A stretch of 52,503 nucleotides of DNA. Origin: a virus. Lineage: Duplodnaviria; Caudoviricetes. The stretch is taken from IMG/VR virus record IMGVR_UViG_3300027859_000025, positions 1-52,503 of that record, one strand, 5' to 3'. Below are positions 28,101-39,500 of the stretch, piece after piece (the first letter of the stretch is position 1; each line of letters opens with the position of its first letter). The position numbers and the translations under genes were made by a program. Under the pieces are notes generated by a model, which was given only the letters and a program-made list of their open reading frames with translations, did no database searches and was not told the DNA's origin.

Positions 28101-30195
28101 GTATCCACTAAATAGAGAACTAGAATTAGGATCTACATCTCATATTATATTGACAAACGACAACGTAAATAAAATACCTAGAGATCTTTCTGAAGTTGGA
28201 CCGACGCAAAGAGAGTTTCCTAGTAGCGTAAGATTGTTTGGTAGAGTTAACACGGGTGGTACTAATTCTATCACAGTAAACTTAAATGAAGCTTATTTCC
28301 CAAGTAGAGTCGCCGATTTAAGTACAAGCGTAGGTACAATACAAGACTTGTTTAACTATAAGGAGTTTCCAATTTTAGCAGCAGGCAATTTTGTTTTTTA
28401 TAACTATGAATATGTTTCAGATCCAGCTGGAGCGTCTTCTGGTGATACCACTTCTTTCCCTGATTCAAGCTCATTAGTAGCTAGAATAAACACACAGTCA
28501 CAGTTTGGAATACAAGTTCCCACCCCTAATGGAAAATTCACACAACTTCCAGCATTAAATGTATTTGAAACAGCCCCAACAGTTTCTTTATTAGATATAT
28601 ATTATGAAACAACAACAGCTGGAAGAATAGATCTACTAAACACAGCTATAGACGAAGGACCAGCGCCTAGTCAATTCGGGCGAATAAGTGATTTTGAATT
28701 CTTCGCTACTGAAGGAACTCTTGCCGGTTCAGATGTTTCAGGACCTTTTAAACCTTTAAGGTTAGACGGTACTGACTTTCCTAATCCAGCAGCTAATCAA
28801 ATGATACTTTTAAGTGTTGTTGACGGACTGGGATCTTCAGCAAACCCAGCAGATCTAGGAACTCCACCATCAATACCAATACCTTATTTTGATTCTGACA
28901 ACCCAGCAAATGGTATATTCAATATAGTAGCTGGTGGTATAGCGGGAACTTTTAAATTAGTATTATCTAGACCGGCTGGCAATGAATCTCCGGGATTAGT
29001 TTTTAGAGCTCCACTAGCTTCACAAACAGGTGAAAGTGTTACAGCTCAAAATGAATTTACATTTACATTTGAATGCTCTAATCCAGGAGCAGGTGCCGAC
29101 GCTGAACCAACAATTATAAGTGTTACTAAAACTTTAGAAAATGTGATACCACCGAAACCAGGAGTAACGTCTTTTCGAACCTTAACAAATTTATGTTATC
29201 CAAATGAACAATTCCCTAATGTAGGTCAAACCGTTCCTGCTGCCTATCAATTGGATCCAGCTACTATAACCTCCATAACCCCAAATATAGCTAGAGTTAC
29301 ATTTGAAAATGGATCTGAAACTAGTGATTTACATTATATAGATTCTTTCCCAGAAATACAAGAAATATACATAAAAGTAGGACCTAATTTTACGCCAGGA
29401 ACAACAAACGGCTGGATGGCTCTTGCTGATGCTGCTGATTATTTAGGTGTAAGCCCATTCGCGGATGACCACGTGCGTTTATCTTCGGAAGTAAGTAACC
29501 CTCCAGACGGGGTTGGAACTTATTATCTTGTAGCGGGCTTTAATGTTTATGAGCCAATGAGCAATTCTTATGGATATCCTTATATGGTTAATATTGTAAC
29601 AAGAGATGCCGGCGCTTTTCCAAGCCCCGCTTGTTACACTTTATTTCAAATAACTGAAACCCAAAATATATCTTTTACACCAGGTGGTGGCGGTCGTGGT
29701 TTACCTGATTGCGCGGTAGGTTCAGAAAGTCTTACTTTTGCACTAAATAATAATAATGGATTATTTATAAATAGAAACACCACTGAGCGCATGGGCATTC
29801 AATTTCCAGCATATTTTAGTATAGAGGGATCAGGACCAGTTACAGTTGAAGCTTCATTAACAATTTTCAATATTGACGGTTCAAATCCAGGTCCATTTTC
29901 AGCTACAGCAAATATCGATACCCCAATTTATGGAAATTCAATTAACTTGGCGGCAGGTGGTGAAACACTACCTAGTGGTGCTCCAGGAGCAACAAACTCA
30001 ATAGTACCATTTACAATACAAAGCACGGGCGGTTTAGGGTGGTCTGGTACAGTTACATTATCTCTTTTCTCAAATGCAGGATCAGATGCTTTTGTAAGTG
30101 CTCCATTGCCTGCCTCTGTTGGGTGCTTGCTTACGATATCATTTTGTGCTTGTGATGGCTCTGATCTAAACAATCCGACTTGTATATCGACCTAG
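25150..30195 (+). CDS. Large tail nozzle/stabilisation-type protein (1681 aa)
   Basis: N-terminal MNKDLDDRLMPEGEYRDAKNI, LFFTDNRNQPRKVNI, FSYRYRFDDGEYS, RIIYGNY; variable G/S/T/P-rich insertions and C-terminus. Confidence 0.7.
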   Translation: MAEVKNSFLRSKMNKDLDDRLMPEGEYRDAKNISINKSQGDGSSEGNVGTAQTVLGNTLLIDFNSSISSSPVNLEVIGLLPSDAQDKVFAFLTNNTIQPYVPEGAVGLSYLYPENQSTTSSALTLVDGGEGYSVSTATSSGGSGTGMTFNVTSVVAGKIVSISINNDGTGYRVGDVVNVIQAGGSNAYVELTSVVGPLVLATGGTGYTAGTKTTTGGSGSGLTVSITVDGLGAVTAADIVSFGGGYQFGDVITIVDAGSTSPATLKVLSLLQSYSAIVSYNPVLNTDFKIIVEGSWLNFSTLAPFYALNLIEELLFFTDNRNQPRKVNINNPSGYYSNEDQISVAKYYPYEAMEVYQPCPIPGTIGTSVNPVHEADSFLTTNSTTLNFDPATFTNPADPTNLGVVGSLASSIVGGTGYTAGSGILTSGSLGRGLTVTIVVAAGVVTGVTIDNLGNGYTNGETITILSGNNDATFVLNFILPQTFVVNGSNFAAGDVVVNQNQTVPANMALDFVEAETTLQDAVAEYLSPTATSLVGATAAPTTTSFDLTVADYQGYFDDGGANSSMFGYTVFLEISPGVFESKNSQVTALAKTAPGTISVTCSPALAAPFVVGDKVLLAIPNPYFDSNFKSNANIEYLSDKFVRFSYRYRFDDGEYSLIAPFTQPCFIPEQDGYFTSNIEGSFSGGTENIVSDEEQAYRSTEVAFMENKVNKILLNIPLPSTAGNLFTNFKVSEIDILYKESDQTTIKVVETIPTTNNVSGSSNFYKYEYGSKQPFKVLPQVETTRVYDKVPVKALSQEVASNRIIYGNYQDKHTPPSFLDYTLNVDIKGGTNQQFSVSKNKVDSKTSVVEYPNATLKQNRNYEVGVVLADRFGRQSTVIFSKQSKFASLGEFLASSIYSPYRGPNEASPTAGIQDFDGNALNIQFNDLIRSQKDPNNPGIPGLYNSDQTSPDYNPLGWYSFKIVVKQTEQDYYNVYIPAAMASYPLNRELELGSTSHIILTNDNVNKIPRDLSEVGPTQREFPSSVRLFGRVNTGGTNSITVNLNEAYFPSRVADLSTSVGTIQDLFNYKEFPILAAGNFVFYNYEYVSDPAGASSGDTTSFPDSSSLVARINTQSQFGIQVPTPNGKFTQLPALNVFETAPTVSLLDIYYETTTAGRIDLLNTAIDEGPAPSQFGRISDFEFFATEGTLAGSDVSGPFKPLRLDGTDFPNPAANQMILLSVVDGLGSSANPADLGTPPSIPIPYFDSDNPANGIFNIVAGGIAGTFKLVLSRPAGNESPGLVFRAPLASQTGESVTAQNEFTFTFECSNPGAGADAEPTIISVTKTLENVIPPKPGVTSFRTLTNLCYPNEQFPNVGQTVPAAYQLDPATITSITPNIARVTFENGSETSDLHYIDSFPEIQEIYIKVGPNFTPGTTNGWMALADAADYLGVSPFADDHVRLSSEVSNPPDGVGTYYLVAGFNVYEPMSNSYGYPYMVNIVTRDAGAFPSPACYTLFQITETQNISFTPGGGGRGLPDCAVGSESLTFALNNNNGLFINRNTTERMGIQFPAYFSIEGSGPVTVEASLTIFNIDGSNPGPFSATANIDTPIYGNSINLAAGGETLPSGAPGATNSIVPFTIQSTGGLGWSGTVTLSLFSNAGSDAFVSAPLPASVGCLLTISFCACDGSDLNNPTCIST

Positions 30196-30236
30196 CTTAA
30201 TAGAGTAAAACTAAATTAAAAAAAGTAATAATATAA

Positions 30237-31661
30237 ATGGCAACTACACTAGAAATAAAATACTTTAATAGTTTTGTGTTAAAAAAATCACTTAACACTA
30301 ATACTGATACACCACTTTGGAATGGGTCTTTTGGTATACCTAAGGCTATTGGAGGCTTTAATAGAGGTGTATTAATTGACAATAATAAAAGTTGGATTAT
30401 AGAAGAATCTAGAATAAGAGGTGGTTATAACAATACTTCCACAGACTATGGTGCTAGAGCTTATTTAGTTGAAGAAGAGCCGAACGCTAGTATTAGATTT
30501 AACTCTATGATATACTCTGGTATATACAACTCTAGAACAGGTATAAATCAAACTAATGTGTTTAGTGTAGCTGAAGATATAACTAAAAGTTTAGATCCTA
30601 TAAATGGTTCTATACAAAAATTATACGCTGAAGACACTAATTTAATTATATTTCAAGAAAGCAAAGTAAGTAAAGCTCTTATAGATAAAGATGCTATATA
30701 CAGCGCTGAAGGCGGTGGCTTACCTGTAAGTTCTTTTACTACTGTTGTGGGTCAAATAGTTCCTTTTCCAGGAAACTATGGAATAGGTAATCACCCAGAA
30801 AGCTTCGCTGTTTATGGCTATAGCAAATATTTTGTTGATTCTTATCAAAATGCTGTAATGAGACTAGATAATAATGGACTTGTAGAAATATCAGCTACAG
30901 GTATGCGTAGTTATTTTAGAAATAAAATAATAAACGTAGACGTTTTAAGTCAAAGAGGTAAATTACTAGGTGCTTATGATATATATAATAAAGATTACGT
31001 AATATCTATACAACCTTCTTTAGGTAGTTCTGAAACCCTTTCTTATGACGAGAAAGCCGAGGGTTGGATTAGTTTTTATGATTATATACCCAGTCAATCT
31101 TTTAGTTTAAAAAACCAACACTATACAACCACGGGATCTCAACTTTGGATACACAATGCAGTAAGTGCGGATTATAATAATTTTTATGGAGTAGCATATC
31201 CTTCGCAAGTTACTTTTATATTTAATCCTAAAGTTAGCTCAGCAAAAGTGTTTAAAACAATAAACTATGAAGGCACTAGTGGATGGCAAGTTGATAGTTT
31301 TGTTTCAGATGAAACGGGGCCAAATATAAATGGAGAGCTTTTTAGTTTTGATACTACTAACAGAGTTTTAAGCTACGTCGAAGGAGCTTATGACTCAGCA
31401 AATCCACCTAACACTGGAGCTGCAGTTGTAACTCCACCCATATTTAGAGCAGGTTTTGATAGAAAAGAAAACAAATATTACGCTAATTTAATAAATAGTT
31501 CTTTAGTTTCACCAGGAGAAATTCATTTTGGAAATGAAGTTTCAGGAATAAAAGGTTTTTTCACTAAAGTTGTTATGTCTACAGACAGGGTAACAGACAC
31601 CGGTCAGTACAAAGAATTATTTGCAGTATCTGCAATTTATAATTTTGCCAGTGGATATTAA
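30237..31661 (+). CDS. Tail protein, probable C-terminal beta-propeller part of the nozzle/stabilisation protein
   Basis: GSIQKL, YGIGNHPESFA, YFVD, GWISFYDY and KVFKTINYEG beta-rich repeats. Confidence 0.65.
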   Translation: MATTLEIKYFNSFVLKKSLNTNTDTPLWNGSFGIPKAIGGFNRGVLIDNNKSWIIEESRIRGGYNNTSTDYGARAYLVEEEPNASIRFNSMIYSGIYNSRTGINQTNVFSVAEDITKSLDPINGSIQKLYAEDTNLIIFQESKVSKALIDKDAIYSAEGGGLPVSSFTTVVGQIVPFPGNYGIGNHPESFAVYGYSKYFVDSYQNAVMRLDNNGLVEISATGMRSYFRNKIINVDVLSQRGKLLGAYDIYNKDYVISIQPSLGSSETLSYDEKAEGWISFYDYIPSQSFSLKNQHYTTTGSQLWIHNAVSADYNNFYGVAYPSQVTFIFNPKVSSAKVFKTINYEGTSGWQVDSFVSDETGPNINGELFSFDTTNRVLSYVEGAYDSANPPNTGAAVVTPPIFRAGFDRKENKYYANLINSSLVSPGEIHFGNEVSGIKGFFTKVVMSTDRVTDTGQYKELFAVSAIYNFASGY

Positions 31662-31715
31662 AAAAAACAAATTAGCTAAAAAAACACAAGATATTAATAA
31701 TAAAAATAAAAAATT

Positions 31716-32438
31716 ATGTCAATAACAGCAATGGCAATTGGTGGCGGCCTTAAGATAGCAGGTGGAATATTTGGGTCTACTTCAGCTAAAAAAAGAGCCA
31801 GAGAATTAGCTAGACAAATAAAAGCTGAAACAAGAAAATTAAACTCTTTAGAAGGCTCTAGACAACAAATTACAAACCCATATAGTGGAGTTAGGGACAT
31901 GTCTTCTTTAGCTAAAGATCTTTCTAGTAAAGTAACAAATCCATTTGCAAACTTAAGTGTAGCCACCGGTGCGGCAGAAATACAAATGGAACAATCTGAT
32001 ATTGCTTTAGCAAATACACTAGATACTTTGAGAGCAACCGGTGCTAGCGCTGGTGGCGCAACAGCATTGGCTCAAGCGGCTCTGCAAAGCAAAAAAGGTG
32101 TTGCAGCAAGTATTGAAACTCAAGAAGCTCAAAATGAAAAAATGAGAGCTCAAGGACAGCAAGCTATGGAACAAGCTCAATTAGCTGATGCTCAAAGAAT
32201 ACAAGGGCTTCAAATATCTGAAGCCGGTAGAACCCAGCAGCTTATAGGGATGGGTGAAAACATTAAACTACAAATGAGAGAAAACAGAGAGTCTGACAAG
32301 ATAAACTATCAAAGAAATAAAATTTCAGCTTTGATGGGTGCTAGACAAGCTGCTAAAGCATCAGCTTCTAATATGATGATGGGCGCAATTAGTGGTCTTG
32401 GTGATGCGGCGGTTTCATACGGAGTAGCAAACGCTTAA
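31716..32438 (+). CDS. Putative small ejection (internal virion) protein
   Basis: G/A-rich hydrophobic ends with a Q/A helical core; position after tail genes. Confidence 0.6.
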   Translation: MSITAMAIGGGLKIAGGIFGSTSAKKRARELARQIKAETRKLNSLEGSRQQITNPYSGVRDMSSLAKDLSSKVTNPFANLSVATGAAEIQMEQSDIALANTLDTLRATGASAGGATALAQAALQSKKGVAASIETQEAQNEKMRAQGQQAMEQAQLADAQRIQGLQISEAGRTQQLIGMGENIKLQMRENRESDKINYQRNKISALMGARQAAKASASNMMMGAISGLGDAAVSYGVANA

Positions 32439-32448
32439 GATATAACAC

Positions 32449-33549
32449 ATGGAAAATAAAAACATACAAACAAACTTATATCTAAAACAATTCAACGAAA
32501 GTAACGCATTAGGTTTTGATAAAAGATTTATAGCAGCTAATTATAATGTAAATTTTGATCTACTAGGAAATGCTTTTAGACCTACAGCTAAAACATACGC
32601 TAAGTTGATGTCTAATATAGAGAACAACAAATGTGTTGAAAGCAACTGTGAATACGAGTATAAGCAATTGAAAATATTAAATCAAGCTCCTGAGGATGCT
32701 ATTGATTTTTTAAGTGAACTAGTTTCTCAACTAAGCATTACAGATGAATCTAATTTTGATCCTAATAATAATTTTAAATACACTGTAGCTAATTCTATAA
32801 TGAATACTAGGCCTGGTTTTTCTAAAGATCATGGGTATGATATGAAGTTATATATACTTGAAAATGGTTCATTAGAAATTATATTTATGGGTCCTATGTT
32901 TGAAGAGCCTCTTGTTATAAACAGTTCTTCATTAGATTTATTAGCTAAAGCTGGAACTAGTATTGTAACATCAACTCCCAATATTCAAAAACTAATGATG
33001 GCTTTGATGCCTCAAACTGGACTATTTGAAGGTAACTCAATACAATCAAATGGTGAGTTATCTCCAGTGGCTGTTATATCAGATGAGTTTGTATTAAAAA
33101 ACCCAGATGGTTCTTATGACTATGAAATCATAGATATTGGCGGAGGTAAAGGTAGAAACATATTAAAATTTGATACTGATAAGATTTTAAAAAAATCAAT
33201 GCCTTTTATAAATGCGGAGATTGCTGGTATATTATCTCAAGAGCAGGAAGTTATAGCTTTATGGAATGTTTATTTAGCCATGCAAACAAGTGTTGAAGAA
33301 GATGATCAAATGGTGCAAGATGCAAATGCAGCTAGTAAAAGCTGGAGTTATGAAGAAGATCTACCGCTATCACAAGATAAAAAAGTTTTATTTGAACAAA
33401 AATTTATAGAATATTTTATGAATAATTATTTAAAGCAATTTATAACAGATAGACTACCAACTGTAGAAGAAGACGCTGCTGTTTTTGATTTATCAGAAGC
33501 AAGATCGGCTAAGGCTCAAAAATTTTTACAAGATAATAAATTAAGTTAA
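32449..33549 (+). CDS. Putative ejection protein (366 aa)
   Basis: ORF track; position between the small and giant internal proteins. Confidence 0.5.
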   Translation: MENKNIQTNLYLKQFNESNALGFDKRFIAANYNVNFDLLGNAFRPTAKTYAKLMSNIENNKCVESNCEYEYKQLKILNQAPEDAIDFLSELVSQLSITDESNFDPNNNFKYTVANSIMNTRPGFSKDHGYDMKLYILENGSLEIIFMGPMFEEPLVINSSSLDLLAKAGTSIVTSTPNIQKLMMALMPQTGLFEGNSIQSNGELSPVAVISDEFVLKNPDGSYDYEIIDIGGGKGRNILKFDTDKILKKSMPFINAEIAGILSQEQEVIALWNVYLAMQTSVEEDDQMVQDANAASKSWSYEEDLPLSQDKKVLFEQKFIEYFMNNYLKQFITDRLPTVEEDAAVFDLSEARSAKAQKFLQDNKLS

Positions 33550-33554
33550 ATTAA

Positions 33555-36500
33555 ATGACAATAGAAGAAAAAACTATAGAACTTCAATCGGTTAGTCCAC
33601 CATTGACAACGCCTGAGATTATTGCTGAGCTTGGAAAATGGCAAGCCGCTCAATCTATTCAAGCTCTTCAAGAAGATAACTCCCCTACTAACCCGGGTAG
33701 GTCTGCTACTTTTAAGGAAGAAAAAGAAGAAGTAATTGAAACTCCAGAAGTTGATGATGAAGAGATTATTAATGAAGAAGAAGAGGGAAATCAAGAAGTT
33801 GTTGCGGAGGAACAGGATGCGACTGTAACAACTACACCGGACAATGCATCCGAGGAAGAAGATACGGAATCTCCATCGGAAGATGGTTCATTGGAATCAC
33901 AAGAACCTGAAGAAGAAGAGAGTTACGAAGTAATTCGTAAAAGATTTTTTGATACAGTTCAGAAACAAAAAAACGAAACTGGCAGAAGAAACGCTATAGA
34001 TACTGCTGTAAAAGACGCATACAAAGATGTAAACTCTGATGTTGAAATAGTAAATTCAGGTGAAGAAGTTGTAGATGGTGATTTTACTTACAAATATGTG
34101 TCAGATGTAGACAAAGAAGGTAATTTAGATTTACAAGTTTTTTACAAAGGCAAAGATGATGAAGAGTTTATCAACGCTTCAGAACGCGCTAAAAACAATC
34201 CTAAAAATGTAGCTTTACAGAATCAAGAAGCAGCTATACAATCTCAACTAGGGTTTTTGCCAGCTGAAGTAAAAGAGCAAGCTAATGCTATTTTAAACTA
34301 TACTCCTCCACCTAAGCCACAAGATTTTGATCCAAATAGAGAAGGTACGCAATCTTTCGATGATATGCTTATTTATAATTATCAAGAACAAGATATTGTA
34401 AATCAAATGTCAGAGGCTGATAGGTTAGTTTATGATTCTCAAAAAAAATTAGAGGCTGCTAAAAATAATTTTAATGAAATATTAGAATCCGATCCAAAAA
34501 TAAAAGCTTGGTACGAAGATTTAAAGAAAAAAATGGGTGATTATGATACCCAAAAAGCTGAAATACAAAAAAAAATAGATGCTCTTCCCGTGGGAGAAAC
34601 TGGCAAATTAGCTGAGCTTGAGCAAGAGCTAGAAAATTTAGATGAAAAATTTAAAGATATAAATATATTAAAAGGAGAATCTATGCGAGTTGCTCTAGAC
34701 GAAGAGCTTAATGCTATGATGCCTGATATTAAAGCTAAAGCATATGAATCAACTATAATAAAACCTACCGAAGAACCATCTATGTTTAATATAGTTGGTA
34801 AAGTTTTTAGAGGAGCTGGGCAAAGAAAATTAAGTAAAGGTCAAGCTGCTATTTCAACTGTAATGGGAGATATTTTAGACCCTGTAGATACAGATCTTTT
34901 ACAACAACAAGAATTTTACGAGCAAGCTAAGAAAGAATATGCTAAGAAAAACAAAGTAGACTTAAACACTGTCACAGACGCAGATGTTAGAAGTATTGTA
35001 GAGGATAAATACGTACAATTTTATACAGAACAAGAAACTAATAGATTATATAGAAACTACTCTGAAAGCCTAATAGAGGATATAGAAAAAGATTTTTTTG
35101 CAAAATATGTTGTTAGTAATATACCTGGAGTTGGTAAAACTTTAGCTAGCTTTACACCTACTTTTGCTAAAATGTTTGGTTTTAAAAATATAGAAGATAT
35201 TTTTGGAGACACAACTCAAGAAAAAAAAGAACAATTAATTAAAGCCGCTGACAATCTAGATCTAAACCAAAAAATAGTAATAGATAAATTAGCTCAACAA
35301 ACAGTTGCAGCAGAAACGTTTAAAAATCTAGGTCGATATAATACTACTTATTTAACTGAAGAAGATGCCGCAAAAGCAAGAGAAGAAATAAGATTGTCAA
35401 ATTTAACAATAAGATCTAACATAGATATTATTGAAAAAGGATTTGATGAAATGGTAGAAAGAGTTGATAGTGTACAAAAATCAGAATTGTTTGACCAGTA
35501 TTATGCTAAGAATTATGGTTTTGTAACTGAACTTGGTGGTAGAGCCGCGGCGATGGGTCTAGATTTGTTTGTAAATGGTTTAGCAGAATACTCTGAAAGA
35601 ATGGGTATTAACGTAGCAAGTCTTGGAGCCACTGGTATAGCTCTAGAAGGACTATACAATAAATTAACTGGAGAAGATTTAAGTAAAAAACTAACAGATA
35701 AATTTACCGGCGGTGTTGATTCTTTAATAGAGTATTTAAATAATGAAATGGCGCCACCTACTACTCTTAGTGACATTGAATCTGGAATGGACGTAGCTAG
35801 ATGGGCTGCGGGTAGCTTAGGTCAACAACTACCTATTTACGGCGCGATATACTTATCAGGCGGTACATATGCTCCTATACTTATTGGTGCCGCGGTGGCA
35901 GGTAATAAGTTTAGAGAAATGCAAAAAGAAATAGATCTTGGAACTGCTGATTATAATTGGTGGCAAATGTATGGAACTGCTAATTTAACAGGAATTTCCG
36001 CTGCAGCTACAGAATACGTTACTCAAGGTATGCTAAATAGGTTAAAATTTTCTTATCAAAATATACCTGGTTTTAAAGTAAGTTTTAACGAAACAATGAA
36101 AGGCTTTTTATCTTCTACAGGTAGATGGGCACGAGACATGGGTGAAGAAATACCTAGTGAAATGTTAGATGAACTAATAGGTAACATTGGTGATAAATAC
36201 ATACTTGGTAAAAAAGATGTAAATCTTTTTGATAATCTAGGCGAGACAGCTTTGAGTACGCTTTGGACTGCTGGTGTTGCGATAAGAGCTCCATTAATTG
36301 GTCATCAAATTTTAGCTCCTTTTAGAAGCAAACAGTCATATCAGACAATAGGGGAAGGAGTTGCTAGAATAAGCGAGCTTAACGAGCAATTAGCTACCAA
36401 TAAAGATCTGAGTGTTGAGGCTGTTCAAAAAATAAAAGATGAGATTAGCGCTATAACCGTTAATAACATGAAAGCTTTAAAAATAGATATTAATAGACTA

Positions 36501-39500
36501 GATGATCTTACTGCTGATGAGAAAAAGATTTTATTAAACAACAAGGCTAAAGAGTATGAGATAATAAGATCAATACAAGAAATTAATAACGATAATACTA
36601 TTGATCAAAAAACTAAACAAACTTTAATAAGTTTGAAAAATCAAGAGTTACAAAGCATATCTACTAATTCTACTCAAATACTAGCTCCATATATAATAGC
36701 AGAAAATAAAGCCAAAAACGAGCCTATTATAGATGAAGCAATTAAAAACGTAGAGCAAGTAACTAAAAAAGTTTTAGGTGAAGGTATTAATGTTATAGAT
36801 GACATGAATAACCTGCCAGAAGGTATACCTAAATTTGTTGATGCTTATGTAGATCCTAAAACAAATCAAATATACATAAACAAAGAGTGGGCGGCTTCAG
36901 TCGGGGCGGTCACGGCGGCCGAGCACGAGTTGTTGCACAAGATACAAAAATCAATGTTTGACTCTACTGATCCAAAAGTTAGAGCAAAAGCTCTTGAACT
37001 TGTAGAAGATTTTAAAAAGACTTTAAGTAAAAAAGAAAGAAATTTAGTACAACAAAGAATTGATGCAAACTATCGTTATGAAATGAACGATGATGGTAGT
37101 TTTGTGTTAGACGATCAAGGTAATAAAATAGAAAAAGACCCGGCTGCATATGCAGAAGAATATTTTAATGTTTTCTCTGATCTTGTGGGTAAAAATCAAA
37201 TAGGTTTTACTGATAACTTAGGTGAAAACCTGCTTAGATTTTTAAACAAATTAAAAGAATCTGTTTTTGGACCAGCTGGTTTTACAAACTTAGAATATCA
37301 AAATGGTAGAGACGCGTACAACTTTATAAAAGATTACAACAAAAGTATAAAAGAAGGTAAAGTATCTGAAAGAGCAGAGGCTTTAATTAGAAAAGGTGCT
37401 TTAACAACTAGTGATAGAACATCGTCGTCTATAACTGTAAATCCAGCAGAACAAGCAGCCGGTTATCAAGTAACAAAACAAGCATCAGATCTTGCCGCTG
37501 ATGTAAAATCTGGTGAAAAAACTAATGAACAACTAATTGTAGACGCTGCTCCAAAGAACGAGGCAGACCCACAGGTTAGAATAGCATCACAGGATGCATT
37601 AGTAGAAGCTAATTGGCCCGTTATAAGAAAAGCATTAAATATTGATCCTACTGGCAAGATTCCACAACCTTTTATAAAACTAGCTGTTCAAGAAATGTTT
37701 AGAGATACATTTCCGGGCAGAGGTGTTGAAGCTAAGTTTTTTGATAAGTTTAATCCTAAGTTAAAAAACAAGGTTACTACGTTTCTTGAAGGTCAGTTAA
37801 ACATGAGAACTGGAGATATATTAGAAAGAGCTAAGGCTTTAGAATCAGAAAAACAAGATTTAGGAATTGAAAAAGCAGGTGGGGTAGTAGACACTAGTAC
37901 AACTAAGACTGTAACAACTAAACGTTCTAGAACGCCTAAAACACCAACTGAAACAGTTAAATATTCTGATACAATTATAGAAAAAGCAGGTGTTAAAGAC
38001 AAAGTAGAGCTTGAAGCTAAAATAACAGAAGAAACTAGAAAAGGATTTGAAGACGTAGAAGTAGAAAGGTTTGGTCAAACAAAAGACGTTCCGCGAGGCG
38101 TAGCCGATATATATGGTGATATGCTTGGTTTGAATCCAGAAACAATTACTGATAAAACTAGAACATATCAAAACTACGATGAAGCTGGTTTAAACGCTGC
38201 TCAAAGATTTTTATTAGCTAACGCGGCTAGTGATTATGCAAGGCTACCTAAAACTAAAGACGAGACTACTACACGTGGCAGAGGTACTTTCATACCTAAA
38301 AATATGAAAGATGCTCTGTATACTGATGGTAAACTTACAGGTACACTAAAAGACTATATGGATCTTCTTAGAAGCAAGCCTACAGGTAAGTTATATAGAG
38401 ATAGTAAATATGCTCAACTAATACGAGGTTTATTAAACACTCATATTAGAAATCGTATGTTTGAAACTTTAGTGCCTACAACACCTCAGCGATTACGTGG
38501 TGGTGCTAAGTTTAGTATTACCCAAGCGCAAAGACCTGGTTTATATAAGGTAGGTAGCGAAGATGGTCTTGTAGTAATGAGAGACTCTGCTATAAAGTTC
38601 GCTAAAGATAATAATATAAAAGTTGAGTTTGAAAATCCTGATGGTACATTCACAGAATTAAATGTAAATAACTTTAATGCATCAAATCCTAAAGCTGTAG
38701 AATATTTAAAAAGAAATATAGAAAACGAACTTTGGAAGCACGTTCCACTAGAATCTTTAACTAGAGGAACTATGGTAGATTATAGTTCTAAAGGCAATGC
38801 TATATTTTTTGACTCAAAACAATTTGATAAAATATTAGATAACGCTTATAGTAATAGAAAAAAATGGTTAGCTGAAGGTAATACTCTTTCATACGATCAA
38901 GCAGAGTTAAAACAAAGTATTAAAGTAGCGTTTGGAACTAAATCTCCGTCTTTAGTAACTGGAAATTACGCTAAAGAAAGTGCTAAAAGAAAAGTAGACG
39001 CAAATGCTAAAGGTGTTAAAATTATATTGCAAGGCGGAGCAAATGCTATAAAAGCAGACCCAGCTAATTATTTATCTTTACTAGCTATTTACGGAACACA
39101 ATCATCTTCTTCTTCTCATTTAGTTAGAAACATGGCGGTTGACATGGGTCTTAGTGAAGAATATCTGAAAGCTAAACGATCAAAAGATGGCAATACGGTA
39201 AAAGAGCATGTTTATCCAGCTAATGAAATGGCTTCTTTTATGTATCTAGCTCAGCTTTATGATGATGTAGATGCCATAATGCCTATTGTTAAAAAAGCTT
39301 ATTTTCAACTAGGTATAACAGAAATACAAGATAATAAGTTAATAGACACAGATGGCACGTATGGTGAAAAATATAATTACAAATCAACACAAACACAGCT
39401 TTTTTATGATGGTTTAAAAGAATATTTTAAAACTGGTGATGAAAGTAAAATAAAAAATGCATTAATTAGATATTTTAATCCTCAAGTAAATGAAAATTCT

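Noticed and set aside
33780-33909. Cys-rich alternative-frame peptide near the start of the giant gene
   Set aside because: No start codon after the preceding in-frame stops; likely a by-product of the acidic main frame
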